Shown here: piece by piece, positions 45,202-55,507 of the stretch
Position numbering within the stretch: position 1 is the first letter of the stretch
Layout of the letters: every line of letters starts with the position of its first letter
Assembly (NCBI GenBank): GCA_903937035.1
Contig: CAIZXS010000016.1
Span: forward strand, 1-62,308
Length of the DNA stretch: 62,308 bases
Source of the DNA: an uncultured bacterium
GTDB lineage: Bacteria > Patescibacteriota > Minisyncoccia > Moranbacterales > UBA2206
Reading direction: 5' to 3'
Made by a program: the position numbers and the translations under genes
Notes under the pieces: model-generated
What the model was told of the DNA's origin: nothing
The model's database searches: none
What the model saw: only the letters and a program-made list of their open reading frames with translations

Positions 45202-46539
45202 TTAGTTATAAATAATCATTTGATCAATCGACACTCCACTATCAACACCTAATTTTCCCACGAGCGATTTTGATGTGTTAAGATAAAGATTCGCTCCGAA
45301 ATATGGATCATGTACAATATAATCTTTATTATCTTTTCCTGTGACAACAACATAATGACCGCCACCACGACTGCGCTTAATATAGACAATCACAGGATTT
45401 CCTTTTTTAATTTCCGCATCAACAGTTGACCATTTGATATTGCCATGGGAACTTGATGATACCAGTTTAATACCTGGGGACCAGGTAGCCGGCCACTTAA
45501 TCAGGTCGTAGTAAAATATTTTCTGAGATGCCATTGATCCTGGATTGATACTTGCTCCTTTTTCGCGAAATACCATCGAGACTGCGGTCACCGCACACCC
45601 ATAAGATTTCATAAGTGTCTTTGAATTTCCGATTTTTTTGTCTCCCCAGCGCGAATCTTTTTGGGAATAATACCAGCTAGTTGACGCAAGATTACTACTA
45701 GGTTTGGGATAGCTACTGACGCTTGAACTGACATCACCAAGATTACTTGCCGCACTAAAATCCAACAGCTCTTGCTTTTGTGCTTCAACACGTGCAAGCA
45801 ACTGCTTATATTTCGCTTCCTCACCTTGAGTTTGCACCAGCAGATTTGTTTTTTGATTTTCTGTCGCTTGCAAGTTTTCTTTCTTATCGATCAATGTCTC
45901 CTTTGCCTTGTCACTTTCTTCTTTCTTTTGTATTAAACTAGCTTGATTATCAACAAGTTTCTGTCTTGTTTGTTTAATTTCTGTTAGTAGTCGAGATACC
46001 TTATCGCCAGATTGTTCGATATAATCTAGTTGATTTATAGCTTCCGAAAATGCCTTGCCAGCGAGAACTAGGGGTAAAACGCCCTGCTGATCGTATTCAT
46101 AATAAGATTGCATGAGCCCTGCAAGAATTTTTCTTTGAAAATCAACCTTAAATTCCCCCTCCTTGATTTCACCAGACAAATCATCGATTTGCTGTGCAAG
46201 TGTCTGCACCTTTTTTTGAGTTTCTTGTAATTGCGCCAGGGTCTTCGCTTGTTCGTTATCAATATTATCAAGTTGTCCAGCTAGTGCGTCCTGCTGCTTA
46301 TTCTTCAATTTAATCAGATCTTCATACACTTTCGCCTTTTTCTCAAGACTTTCACAATCGTCCACACAGTCGTTTTTACACTTCTTCTTGCCACTGTCAT
46401 CGCTGGGATATTGAGCTACACATTTAGACTCGCAGGTATCATCGCAAGAACTTCCACTGGCAAATTCTTTTGGCAAAACCAAAAAAACAGAAATGATAAG
46501 CAAAAAAAATATTTTTTTATTTTTTTTAAATTTTTGCAT
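45202..46539 (-). CDS. Secreted coiled-coil protein with C-terminal C39-like cysteine peptidase domain (putative cell-wall hydrolase)
   Basis: Signal peptide, Cys-rich stretch (CDDTCESKC...CKNDCVDDC), about 200 aa of coiled coil, then SYGCAVTAVSMV...GGGHYVVVTG...VHDPY. Confidence 0.65.
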   Translation of the reverse strand: MQKFKKNKKIFFLLIISVFLVLPKEFASGSSCDDTCESKCVAQYPSDDSGKKKCKNDCVDDCESLEKKAKVYEDLIKLKNKQQDALAGQLDNIDNEQAKTLAQLQETQKKVQTLAQQIDDLSGEIKEGEFKVDFQRKILAGLMQSYYEYDQQGVLPLVLAGKAFSEAINQLDYIEQSGDKVSRLLTEIKQTRQKLVDNQASLIQKKEESDKAKETLIDKKENLQATENQKTNLLVQTQGEEAKYKQLLARVEAQKQELLDFSAASNLGDVSSSVSSYPKPSSNLASTSWYYSQKDSRWGDKKIGNSKTLMKSYGCAVTAVSMVFREKGASINPGSMASQKIFYYDLIKWPATWSPGIKLVSSSSHGNIKWSTVDAEIKKGNPVIVYIKRSRGGGHYVVVTGKDNKDYIVHDPYFGANLYLNTSKSLVGKLGVDSGVSIDQMIIYN

Positions 46540-46545
46540 TGTTTT

Positions 46546-48099
46546 TTATACTACTAAAGAAACTGCTTTCTCAATTCTTCTGAGACTTTCTGTTTTTCCC
46601 AAAACCCAGGCTACCTCAAAAGGGGATGGTGATTTTTGTGTTCCTGTGAGTGCTGCGCGAAGTGGCCAAAGCAGCTCTCCCCTCTTTTCCCCTGCCACTG
46701 CGAGCAATTTTGCTTCCAAATTTTCCCGTGACCATTCATCTTCGGAAATATTTCCCAAAAGCTCCTGAACTTTTTCTAGGTTTTTTTTCAAGTATTCGTC
46801 AGTCATTTCTTTCCAGCGCAAGAGTGATTTATCATAATTCAAATCAGTCGCAAAAAAGAATTGATTATTTTCTCCTACATCAGACAATTTAGGCAGACGA
46901 TCAAACTCGACAGTCAAAACACGCTTTAGAAATTCCGGTGATTTTTTTTCTGCGCCAGCTTGAATAAAAAATTCTTTTTGTTCAAAAAATGGCAACGCTT
47001 TTTCATAAAGCTCATCAATGGACAACTTTTTAATATATTCCGCATTAATCCAATCAAGTTTCTTTAAATCAAATACTGCACCAGCTTTATGCACTTTTTC
47101 CAATTCAAATCTTTGCACCAATTCATCAAGTGAAAATATCTCCTGCGTCTCCCCTGCTCCAGGGTTCCAACCCAAAAGTGCCACAAAATTAATAATTGCT
47201 TCCTTAAGATAGCCCTTTTTTATATAATCTTCAACTGCCACATCGCCTTGACGTTTGGAAAGCTTAGTCTTATCAGGATTAAGTAAAAGTGGCAAGTGGG
47301 CGAATTTAGGCAATTCCCAGTCAAAATAGCGATAAAGCAGGATATGCTTTGGCAAACTCGGAAGCCATTCTTCGCCGCGAATTACGTGGGTAATGCCCAT
47401 CTCATGATCATCGATTACATTAGCCAAATGATAGGTCGGAAATCCATCAGACTTCATAAGGATCTGATCATCGATAAGATCTGTTTTAAAACTCACTTTT
47501 CCACGCACCAAATCATCCGCCTCAATCATCTCGCCCTCGGGCATTTTCATTCGGATTGTATAGGAGCAACTATTTTTTAAATTTTTATTAATCTCTTCCT
47601 CGCTGACATTATGCAAACAGTAGCGATCATACATTGGCGCTTTTTTTTCTACTGTCTGATCGGCGCGCATCTTTTCTAGTCGCTCCGGCTCACAAAAACA
47701 ATAATAGGCGTGGCCAGATTTCACTAATTGGTCAGCGTATTTTTTATAGATTTCTAGTTTTTCCGATTGGATATAAGGCTCAAATTCTCCCGCCTCCAAT
47801 ATTCCCGGATAATTTTTTGATTCTGTGGTGGGAATTTTATCATTTTTAATTCCAGCTGATTGAAAGACGCCTTCGTCATATCTCAAACCCGCCCAATCTA
47901 AAACATTTATTAAACTTTCAAGTGCTCCGGGAACGAATCTTTTTTGGTCAGTATCTTCTATCCTCAATACAAAATCACCACCATTTTTTTTAGCAAAAAG
48001 ATAGTCATACAATGCACTGCGAAAATTTCCAACGTGCATAAACCCTGTTGGCGACGGCGCAAACCTAACTCTAACTTTCTTATCCATAATATTATTCAA
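46546..48099 (-). CDS. gltX: Glutamyl-tRNA synthetase
   Basis: RFAPSPTGFMHVGN (HIGH), KLSKRQG (KMSKS); 517 aa. Confidence 0.95.
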   Translation of the reverse strand: MNNIMDKKVRVRFAPSPTGFMHVGNFRSALYDYLFAKKNGGDFVLRIEDTDQKRFVPGALESLINVLDWAGLRYDEGVFQSAGIKNDKIPTTESKNYPGILEAGEFEPYIQSEKLEIYKKYADQLVKSGHAYYCFCEPERLEKMRADQTVEKKAPMYDRYCLHNVSEEEINKNLKNSCSYTIRMKMPEGEMIEADDLVRGKVSFKTDLIDDQILMKSDGFPTYHLANVIDDHEMGITHVIRGEEWLPSLPKHILLYRYFDWELPKFAHLPLLLNPDKTKLSKRQGDVAVEDYIKKGYLKEAIINFVALLGWNPGAGETQEIFSLDELVQRFELEKVHKAGAVFDLKKLDWINAEYIKKLSIDELYEKALPFFEQKEFFIQAGAEKKSPEFLKRVLTVEFDRLPKLSDVGENNQFFFATDLNYDKSLLRWKEMTDEYLKKNLEKVQELLGNISEDEWSRENLEAKLLAVAGEKRGELLWPLRAALTGTQKSPSPFEVAWVLGKTESLRRIEKAVSLVV

Positions 48100-48682
48100 T
48101 ACTTTTTAATTTTTCCACAAATTCTGGAAATTCTTTTAATACAAAGTGTCCCTTATCCTTGAAAATTACTTTCTCTGCTTGCGGAAGTTTTTTGGCATAT
48201 TTTTCAACTTCCCCAAATGGCACAGCTGGATCATCTTGCGAATGATAGAGAAATATTCTCTTTACCTGGCTCGAAAACTTATCCAAAGATTCTGGCAAAG
48301 CAAAATCTCCCAAATACCCATCGTCATACGGACCAGCCAAGAGAAAAACACACTTAATTTTCACCGGGAAATCATTTTCAGAAAGATACTTGGCAAGAAA
48401 GATACTTCCCAGGGAATTTCCAATTAAAATTATTTCATCCTGAAGATATGGGAAAAATCTTTCAAAAAATATCCTCCACTCAGAATATTTAGCATTATGA
48501 TAATTTTCCATTTGCGGATAGATTACCTCATAATCATCCCCTAGCGTTTCCTGCAAATTATCTTTCCATCCTCCATGCTTAACCTTATCCAAGTTGACCC
48601 GGTAATCCCTCAAATACTCCAAATATTTTTCATAGGTTTCAAAGACCTCTCCACCATGAACGATAAAAATCTGCTTTTTCAT
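48092..48682 (-). CDS. Alpha/beta-fold serine hydrolase
   Basis: GNSLGS nucleophile elbow, later D and H (DKGHF). 8-nt overlap with gltX. Confidence 0.65.
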   Translation of the reverse strand: MKKQIFIVHGGEVFETYEKYLEYLRDYRVNLDKVKHGGWKDNLQETLGDDYEVIYPQMENYHNAKYSEWRIFFERFFPYLQDEIILIGNSLGSIFLAKYLSENDFPVKIKCVFLLAGPYDDGYLGDFALPESLDKFSSQVKRIFLYHSQDDPAVPFGEVEKYAKKLPQAEKVIFKDKGHFVLKEFPEFVEKLKSIE

Positions 48683-48694
48683 AAATCCACATAA

Positions 48695-49111
48695 TTAGCT
48701 AATCCTATCTTCCTTCTCCTTTTCTCTTTTTATAATCCTCCAATGCAAAAGACAAATCGGAAGAGCAACGAGAATCATTGTAATTGCATCAACTACACTA
48801 CTTTGTCTTTCGGCGCTATAGCATTCCTCGCCAGAATTATCTTTTTTCCAATTTTCATAGTCAGCCAGCATATTGGCAATCTGTTGTTTTTGTTGTTCAG
48901 TGGTCACATTAGCATCCTTAGTTCCATCTAAGCCATACACTGGCGGTTGCTGATTACAGCGACTATAACCACCCTTTTGGGCTTTCGGAAAAACATAAGT
49001 TTTAAGCGCGGTATTGAGCAGTGTTCCAGTCCCCACGGCCACAAAAATAAGACTAACCAGAGCTGCGATATAGAGATAAACTGTACGAACAATTTTGGTT
49101 GTTTTTGACAT
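48695..49111 (-). CDS. Two-TM membrane protein, unknown function
   Basis: N- and C-terminal hydrophobic helices flank a polar loop. Confidence 0.55.
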   Translation of the reverse strand: MSKTTKIVRTVYLYIAALVSLIFVAVGTGTLLNTALKTYVFPKAQKGGYSRCNQQPPVYGLDGTKDANVTTEQQKQQIANMLADYENWKKDNSGEECYSAERQSSVVDAITMILVALPICLLHWRIIKREKEKEDRIS

Positions 49112-49142
49112 ATTTTTGTCCCGAACAATCGGGATTAAAAAA

Positions 49143-49727
49143 TTATTTTTCGAGAGTATTGACTCCCAACTTTTTCAGCGCTAGATGAAGTTTATTTAAC
49201 GGCAATCCAATTACAGAATAGAAATCTCCCTCGACTTTTTCAATCAGCACTGCACCACGATGCATCAGGCCATAAGCTCCCGCTTTGTCCATCGGTTCTC
49301 CAGTAGCAATATAATCTTCGATCTCCTCAGGCATTAATTTTCGAAAAGTTACCCTTGCCTCATCATATTCATTTATAACTATCTTATTTTTCGTATCAAT
49401 AATAGCCAGTCCCGTAACAATCTCATGCGTTTTCCCGGAAAATTCAGTCAATATTTTTCTCGCATCCACGACGTCTTTTGGCTTTCCAATAAACTTTCCG
49501 CCAGAAAAAACGAAGGTATCCGCTCCAATAATGATTGCGTCGTCATAATACTTTGCAACATCCTGCGCCTTCCCCAGCGCTAAGAACTTTGCCAATTCAT
49601 AGGGATCGCTCATTGCCGACATATCTTCTTCATATTCACTTTCCCTTATCTCAAAATCTAGCTTTATCTGACCCAAAAGCATCCTTCTTCTTTCTGATTT
49701 TGAAGCTAAAACTATTTTTCGTTGCAT
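49143..49727 (-). CDS. maf: Maf-family nucleoside-triphosphate pyrophosphatase
   Basis: IVLASKSERRRMLL, GADT, DKAGAYG. Confidence 0.9.
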   Translation of the reverse strand: MQRKIVLASKSERRRMLLGQIKLDFEIRESEYEEDMSAMSDPYELAKFLALGKAQDVAKYYDDAIIIGADTFVFSGGKFIGKPKDVVDARKILTEFSGKTHEIVTGLAIIDTKNKIVINEYDEARVTFRKLMPEEIEDYIATGEPMDKAGAYGLMHRGAVLIEKVEGDFYSVIGLPLNKLHLALKKLGVNTLEK

Positions 49728-50449
49728 AAAATTATCTTAATTGGGAATACTATTACCGCCTTCCAGATTCTTTTTAGTCGATCTTTTTTATATTTCCACT
49801 GTTGAGCTTGAAATATCCGCCAAAGCCATTCCAATCCAATTTGACGCATCCAAGCAGGGGCACGTTTGATTTTTCCGGTCAAAAAATCAAAGGAACCGCC
49901 AACGCCCATCGCTAGCTGTATTCTAGCATCTTTCTGAGAATCAAGAAAGACTTCTTGATATGGAGCGCCAAAATTACAAAGAAGCACGGGGCACGTGCTA
50001 TATAACATGCAACACACCACTTTTTTTTCAAAATTTGCACCTTTTATGACCAGTTTTGGATATATTTTTAGAATTGCACTCCGCACTTCTTCAAATCTAC
50101 TCAGCCCATCCTTATTTACCGCCAAAAAAACACCCAATCCCCTTGCATTGGCCATTTTCAAGATTTCCATCATCAAATCAGCTCCAGCAATTCTTGATTT
50201 CAAATGACTGCCATATCTCAAAAAGGCACATCCGATACCAAAACCATCCACGACATTCAATGCGCAATTATTGAGAATAATCCTAAAGCAAAGATTTTTT
50301 TGCGCTTCGAGCAAGAATTCAGGATTAATAGTCGCAATTTGGTGAAATTTCTTTTCATCCAAAAAAAATGAAATTCTTTTCAGAATGTCCGATTTGCTTA
50401 GATTGTTAATCTTTACACCTAGAATTGTATGATCTTTTTTTATTTTCAT
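49712..50449 (-). CDS. WecB/TagA/CpsF-family (GT26) glycosyltransferase
   Basis: TINPEFLLEAQKN, VDGFGI, GAPYQEVFL, PAWMRQIGLEWLWRI. Confidence 0.85.
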   Translation of the reverse strand: MKIKKDHTILGVKINNLSKSDILKRISFFLDEKKFHQIATINPEFLLEAQKNLCFRIILNNCALNVVDGFGIGCAFLRYGSHLKSRIAGADLMMEILKMANARGLGVFLAVNKDGLSRFEEVRSAILKIYPKLVIKGANFEKKVVCCMLYSTCPVLLCNFGAPYQEVFLDSQKDARIQLAMGVGGSFDFLTGKIKRAPAWMRQIGLEWLWRIFQAQQWKYKKDRLKRIWKAVIVFPIKIILCNEK

Positions 50450-50470
50450 ATTTGACTCGTCACTCCGAAA

Positions 50471-51019
50471 CTAAAGACTACTTAATGGACAGCTTTCTAT
50501 GAGGACAAAATTATTCTTTCCTTCACCAAAATGACTAGCCATGATATCAACAGATTCAACCCCAACGGCAAAAGAAGCTTTTTCATTCACCTCAGAAATA
50601 CCTTCAAGCTCTTCCCACTTTTCTTTCCTAATTTTTCCGAGCGTAATGTGCGGAGAAAAGATTTTCTTAGAAGCAACAAAAATTTCCAGTTCTCTCTCAA
50701 TTGCTTCGCAAAGATTTTTAAGCTTATCACTAACTTTACCAACTACACGAAATTCTTGCGGATTTTCCACGCTTGGGGCAAGAATAATTTTTTCAAATTC
50801 AAGATCAAATAACTCGATTTCCTCAACCGCTTCACGTACCTTTTGGCAAGCATCAGCCACTACATCGTTGTCGATATAGCCCAGAAAAAACAGACTGATG
50901 TTCAAATTTTCTTCCTTTGCCCATTTCACTGGCAAATCACGCCATTTTTCACAACTAGCCATTAGCCGACGCTTAATCCTATCAGCCAGATTGATACTGA
51001 TATATATTTTTCTTTTCAT
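50471..51019 (-). CDS. 2H phosphoesterase (LigT/ThpR-like) with degenerate first H-x-T motif
   Basis: The second motif is intact (SPHITLGK). The first position reads ENLNISLFFLG where ENLHLTLxFLG is expected. Confidence 0.7.
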   Translation of the reverse strand: MKRKIYISINLADRIKRRLMASCEKWRDLPVKWAKEENLNISLFFLGYIDNDVVADACQKVREAVEEIELFDLEFEKIILAPSVENPQEFRVVGKVSDKLKNLCEAIERELEIFVASKKIFSPHITLGKIRKEKWEELEGISEVNEKASFAVGVESVDIMASHFGEGKNNFVLIESCPLSSL

Positions 51020-51130
51020 AATAATTTCTAGCACTTAACTCTTAGTAGTTTAGTCTATTTTGAGGGATAAATCAAGACTTTCGCCCGCCCTTTATCTTCA
51101 CTCATTATCTTGCTAGAATAGAATAAACCT

Positions 51131-53158
51131 ATGAGCGGAAATAAGCCACAATTCATCCTAAGTATAACCCCTCTTGTTAGGATTCCTCTTGGTCGTGAAC
51201 AATTTTTCTACTATTTATCTGACGAAAAACTGCCCGCAGGAACACTAGTAAGCGCCCCTCTCTTCAAAAAATTTGTAGAAGGAATAGTAATTGAGAGCAA
51301 AGATGATTTTCCGCGTATTGGCGGAATGACACTAAAAAAAATTGAAAAAGTTTTGGAACTTAATTTTCTCACAAAAGAGCAACTTCGTCTCGCCAGATAT
51401 ATCTCGGATTATTATATTATTTCAATGGGGGTGGTTTTGAAAAGTTTTGTGCCGAAGAGAACAAGAGCGCGTAGCGCTCATCATGTAGCATCTAACATGA
51501 AACATGAAACAAAAAATGCAAACGACATAATCTTAACAGAAGAACAGGATGGTACAGTAAAGGCAATTGTGAAACAAAATACTAGATACCAGATACTAGA
51601 TACCAGATATCTCCTCCACGGTCCAGCCGGATCAGGCAAAACTGAGGTCTATATCCACGCTATCCTAGAACTCAAAAAACAAAACCCAAATAGTCAATTT
51701 TTGATTTTAGTGCCAGAGAAAACTCTCACGCCTCAGGCCCTGGAACGATATGGCGCCTATTTTCCTGAAGATGAAATAGTCCTTCTTAGTAGTAACTTAT
51801 CCAAAGGCGCATTATTCTCTAGCTGGCAGAAGATAAAATCCGGCGAAGCAAGAATTATTATTGGCACCCGAATGGCAGTTTTTGCCCCATTTCAAAAACT
51901 ATCGCTCATTGTGATTGATGAAGAGCAAGATATGTCTTTCAAGCAATGGGACATGAATCCGCGCTATGACGCCAGGAAAGTAGCAGAAGAATTGGCACAA
52001 CTACACAAATGCAAGCTCCTGTGTGGATCAGCCACGCCAAGTATCGAAACTTATTTTAAAGCTCAAACTAAAGAATATCAATTACTAAAACTCAGCGACT
52101 CCTATCATCCAAAAAATATAGTCACCCCAAAAGTCCGCAGTACAATTGAGTTAGTTGATATGAAAAAAGAGCGCTGGGTAAAAAATTATTCTTGCATCAG
52201 CAAAAAACTGAAAAGCGAAATTACTTATGCACTAAAAAATAATTTGCAAACAATCCTATTCATTAATCGCCAGGGCATGAGCAGTTTTTCTGTTTGCGGA
52301 AATTGTAAAACAGTACTCAAATGCCCAAAATGTGACCGCGCCTTAGTCTATGCCAGCTCACGAGAATATAGATGTCCCCATTGCACATTTATTGCCCCTG
52401 CCTTTCCCAGTTGCGCTAAATGCAAGGGAATAGAATTTAAGAATGTGGGATTGGGCACACAAAAAGTAGAAAAAGAAATCCGAGATTTTTTTTCTAGCGC
52501 AAGAATATCACGGATTGACTCAAGTGAAATTAAAGAAAAAGATTTTCAAAAACAAGTTTACGAAGAATTTTCTCAGGGCAAAATTGATATATTAATTGGC
52601 ACGCAAATGATTACCAAGGGATGGGACTTGCCTCGCATGGGGTTGGTTGGCGTCATTGATGCAGATAATATGCTTACTCTTCCAGATTTTCGAATTGGAG
52701 AAAAGGCCTGGCAAGACTTAGTTCAACTGTCTGGTCGAGTATCACGTCCAGGCGCCAAATTTCCCGGCCGAATAATTATCCAAACCTATCATCCAGAAAA
52801 TAAGATTCTTTCCTTGGCCGCTCAAAACGACTATCTCGCCTTTTACAATCAAGAGCTGCCGGACCGAGAACTTTTGCACTATCCCCCCTTTGGAAGGATT
52901 GCTAAGTTAGTATTTGAGGATTATAATCAAAAAAGAGTTAATGATGAAGCCGAAAGAGTATATAATCTTTTAAGCATTGGGGAAATCGGTCTGGGCATAA
53001 GTGCTCCGGCAGATTCATTTGTATCAAAAATACGTGGAAGATTCCGCCAGCAAATAATATTAAAATTTCAAAAACAATTACCAGAAAAGATCATGACCAT
53101 CCTAAAGGCATTGCCGACCGGCTGGATTATTGATATCGACCCAATTTCCCTAATTTAA
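51131..53158 (+). CDS. priA: Primosomal protein N' (PriA helicase)
   Basis: HGPAGSGKTEVY, VIDEEQD, Cys-rich insert CGNC..CPKC..CPHC..CAKC. Confidence 0.9.
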   Translation: MSGNKPQFILSITPLVRIPLGREQFFYYLSDEKLPAGTLVSAPLFKKFVEGIVIESKDDFPRIGGMTLKKIEKVLELNFLTKEQLRLARYISDYYIISMGVVLKSFVPKRTRARSAHHVASNMKHETKNANDIILTEEQDGTVKAIVKQNTRYQILDTRYLLHGPAGSGKTEVYIHAILELKKQNPNSQFLILVPEKTLTPQALERYGAYFPEDEIVLLSSNLSKGALFSSWQKIKSGEARIIIGTRMAVFAPFQKLSLIVIDEEQDMSFKQWDMNPRYDARKVAEELAQLHKCKLLCGSATPSIETYFKAQTKEYQLLKLSDSYHPKNIVTPKVRSTIELVDMKKERWVKNYSCISKKLKSEITYALKNNLQTILFINRQGMSSFSVCGNCKTVLKCPKCDRALVYASSREYRCPHCTFIAPAFPSCAKCKGIEFKNVGLGTQKVEKEIRDFFSSARISRIDSSEIKEKDFQKQVYEEFSQGKIDILIGTQMITKGWDLPRMGLVGVIDADNMLTLPDFRIGEKAWQDLVQLSGRVSRPGAKFPGRIIIQTYHPENKILSLAAQNDYLAFYNQELPDRELLHYPPFGRIAKLVFEDYNQKRVNDEAERVYNLLSIGEIGLGISAPADSFVSKIRGRFRQQIILKFQKQLPEKIMTILKALPTGWIIDIDPISLI

Positions 53159-53168
53159 CTAAAACCAT

Positions 53169-53609
53169 ATGGCACTCCTCCCAATCCTAACCTATCCTGA
53201 TCCACGCCTACAAATAAAAACGCGTGAAATCAAAAACCCCAAAGATCCCCTCATTCAAGAGCTGATTTTTGATATGCTAGAAACCATGAAGGAAAACAAT
53301 GGCATGGGACTAGCCGCCACACAAATCGGAAAACTGCTAAGACTTTGTGTAATTAAATTCGAAAGAAAGACTCACATCCTGATCAATCCTCAAATTATTT
53401 CCAAATCATGGGGAAAGGAAATTTCCGAAGAAGGTTGCTTGTCGTTTCCAGGCCAATTCATTCCTGTGAAACGTTCTAAAAAAGTGAAAGTTGCTGCGCT
53501 CAATAAAGCCGGGAAAGAGATATTCATTGAAGCAGAGGGTCTTCTGGCTAGAGCGTTGCAACATGAAATTGATCATCTGGATGGCATACTCTACATTGAA
53601 AGAGTATAG
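53169..53609 (+). CDS. def: Peptide deformylase
   Basis: GMGLAATQIG, EGCLSFPG, QHEIDHLDG. Confidence 0.95.
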   Translation: MALLPILTYPDPRLQIKTREIKNPKDPLIQELIFDMLETMKENNGMGLAATQIGKLLRLCVIKFERKTHILINPQIISKSWGKEISEEGCLSFPGQFIPVKRSKKVKVAALNKAGKEIFIEAEGLLARALQHEIDHLDGILYIERV

Positions 53610-53638
53610 GCCACCAATAAACACTAAATACCAAAAAT

Positions 53639-54601
53639 ATGCAAAACAAATCGATCAAACTCAGGGTCGTTTTCATGGGCACATCATCATTTGCCGACAC
53701 AATCCTCGCAGCACTTATTACAGAGAAATACAACCTGATCAGCGTCTATACTCAAGGTGATAAAAAGGTTGGACGTACTCAAAAACTGCAAAAAACTGCC
53801 GTAAAAATAACCGCCGAAAATAATAAAATTCCAGTTTATTCACCCATAAAATTTGGCGAAAAAGAAATTCAGGAACTCAAAGATCAAAAACCAGATCTAC
53901 TAATTGTTGCCGCCTATGGAAAAATTCTTCCTCAAGCAGTCCTGGACCTGCCTGGATTTGGTGCAATCAATGTGCATGCTTCGCTACTCCCCCATTATCG
54001 CGGACCATCGCCTATCCAAAATAGCATCCTGGACGGGGGGAAAGAAACAGGCGTAACAATCATGCTCATGGATAATGGTATTGATACTGGTGAAATTCTG
54101 AGTCAAGAAAAAATCGAAATTCTACCAAACGAAACTAGCGTCGAACTTTCAGATAAAATGGCCAAGCAATCCATTCCTCTACTTTTAGATACAATTTTTC
54201 TATGGGTCGAAAGAAAAATCTCACCTAAACCACAAGACAATACTTCTGCTAGTCTTTGCCAGCTAATTGAAAGAAGTGACGGAAAAATCGTTTGGCTAAA
54301 TGATGCACAAGCCATCTACGATCAGTACCGGGCTTTTTATTCTTGGCCAGGAATTTTTACCTATTGGCAGCGTAGTGATACGAACCTCAGAATTAAAATT
54401 AATAAACTTTCTCTCGGAAAAAATTTATCTTTCGGAAATTATCAGCTTGGAGAAGTTTTCCGATCAAATGAAAAAGTTGCCGTCCAAGCAGGCGTTGGAA
54501 TAATCTTTCTGGAAGAGATTCAATTGGAAGGAAAAAGTAACTTAAAAATTGATGACTTCCTCAATGGCAACCCAAGCTTTGTCGGAAGTATTTTGAAATA
54601 A
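53639..54601 (+). CDS. fmt: Methionyl-tRNA formyltransferase
   Basis: VFMGTSSFA, NVHASLLPHYRGPSPIQ. Confidence 0.95.
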   Translation: MQNKSIKLRVVFMGTSSFADTILAALITEKYNLISVYTQGDKKVGRTQKLQKTAVKITAENNKIPVYSPIKFGEKEIQELKDQKPDLLIVAAYGKILPQAVLDLPGFGAINVHASLLPHYRGPSPIQNSILDGGKETGVTIMLMDNGIDTGEILSQEKIEILPNETSVELSDKMAKQSIPLLLDTIFLWVERKISPKPQDNTSASLCQLIERSDGKIVWLNDAQAIYDQYRAFYSWPGIFTYWQRSDTNLRIKINKLSLGKNLSFGNYQLGEVFRSNEKVAVQAGVGIIFLEEIQLEGKSNLKIDDFLNGNPSFVGSILK

Positions 54602-54606
54602 ACGCC

Positions 54607-55443
54607 ATGTATAATCACACGGAGAAAAAGGAAATAGCTAATATTAAAGCGATCCTTGTTGGATTAGCCTTAATTATCCTAATCGCCGTCATCACTGTTT
54701 TTAAATCCAACTCGGCTAAGCCGGAAAAACCAAAAACTAACCAGCCACCAGCTCAAACAGAAACAATCAACCTCGAAAAAATCAATCAAATCACTTCTGA
54801 AGAATTGATTGGAAAATTACAGACTAACGAGAACATAACAATCATTGATATCCGCAGTGAAAATCAATACCAGCAAGAACACATAATTGGTTCGATAAAT
54901 ATTCCTAGCTCAAATTTCTCCTCTTTTTCAAATATGGTTCCAAAAAATAATATTTGCGTCATTGTTGATGCGCCCGGAGAAATTGCAGTTATCAATGCCA
55001 TTGCAAGCAACCTTTCTAGCAAGGGTTATGAAAATCTTGCATATTTAGTTGGTGGTTTTGATTTGTGGAAAAGCAAATTCAACCCAACAATCAGTGATGG
55101 GAATCAAAAATCATTCACAGATCAGGCAAAGGTAAACTACATCACAGCTGAAGATTTAAAAAAAAGACTTGAGACAGAAAAAAATCTGATTATCATAGAT
55201 ATCAGAAATAGCACGGACTTTCGCCTGGAACATTTAGCTGGTGCAATCAATATCTCGCTTGATGACCTCGAACAAAAAAGGAAAGAAATTCCCGCCGGAA
55301 GAAATATCATTATTTATGATAAAGCCACTCCCGGAGCATTCAAGGGAGCTGTTAGATTGTTTGACTTGGGCTTTTCAAATACTATCGTACTTGCCGGCGG
55401 ACTTGATGGTTGGAAAAAAAGTGGCTATGAAACTGTGAAATAA
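54607..55443 (+). CDS. Membrane-anchored tandem rhodanese-like domain protein
   Basis: TM anchor, then two rhodanese-like repeats (IIDIRSENQYQQEHIIGSINIP; IIDIRNSTDFRLEHLAGAINIS). I saw no clear C-x-x-G-x-R active loop. Confidence 0.7.
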   Translation: MYNHTEKKEIANIKAILVGLALIILIAVITVFKSNSAKPEKPKTNQPPAQTETINLEKINQITSEELIGKLQTNENITIIDIRSENQYQQEHIIGSINIPSSNFSSFSNMVPKNNICVIVDAPGEIAVINAIASNLSSKGYENLAYLVGGFDLWKSKFNPTISDGNQKSFTDQAKVNYITAEDLKKRLETEKNLIIIDIRNSTDFRLEHLAGAINISLDDLEQKRKEIPAGRNIIIYDKATPGAFKGAVRLFDLGFSNTIVLAGGLDGWKKSGYETVK

Positions 55444-55507
55444 AAAAAACCACCCTTCCTGGCGAGTTGCAGTGTGGGCAGTTTTTACAATTGTCGCTAT
55501 TTTTTTC

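Noticed and set aside
51495-51615. Short tandem repeats inside priA (ACATGAA x2 at about 51497; ACTAGATACCAGAT x2 at 51581-51608) as signs of slippage or frameshift
   Set aside because: The reading frame is continuous and the downstream Walker A motif is in frame. The repeats fall in the variable linker, so this is probably just low-complexity sequence.
54607-55443. Calling the tandem rhodanese protein an active sulfurtransferase
   Set aside because: I could not identify a C-x-x-G-x-R-type active-site loop in either repeat, so only the fold-level call is made.
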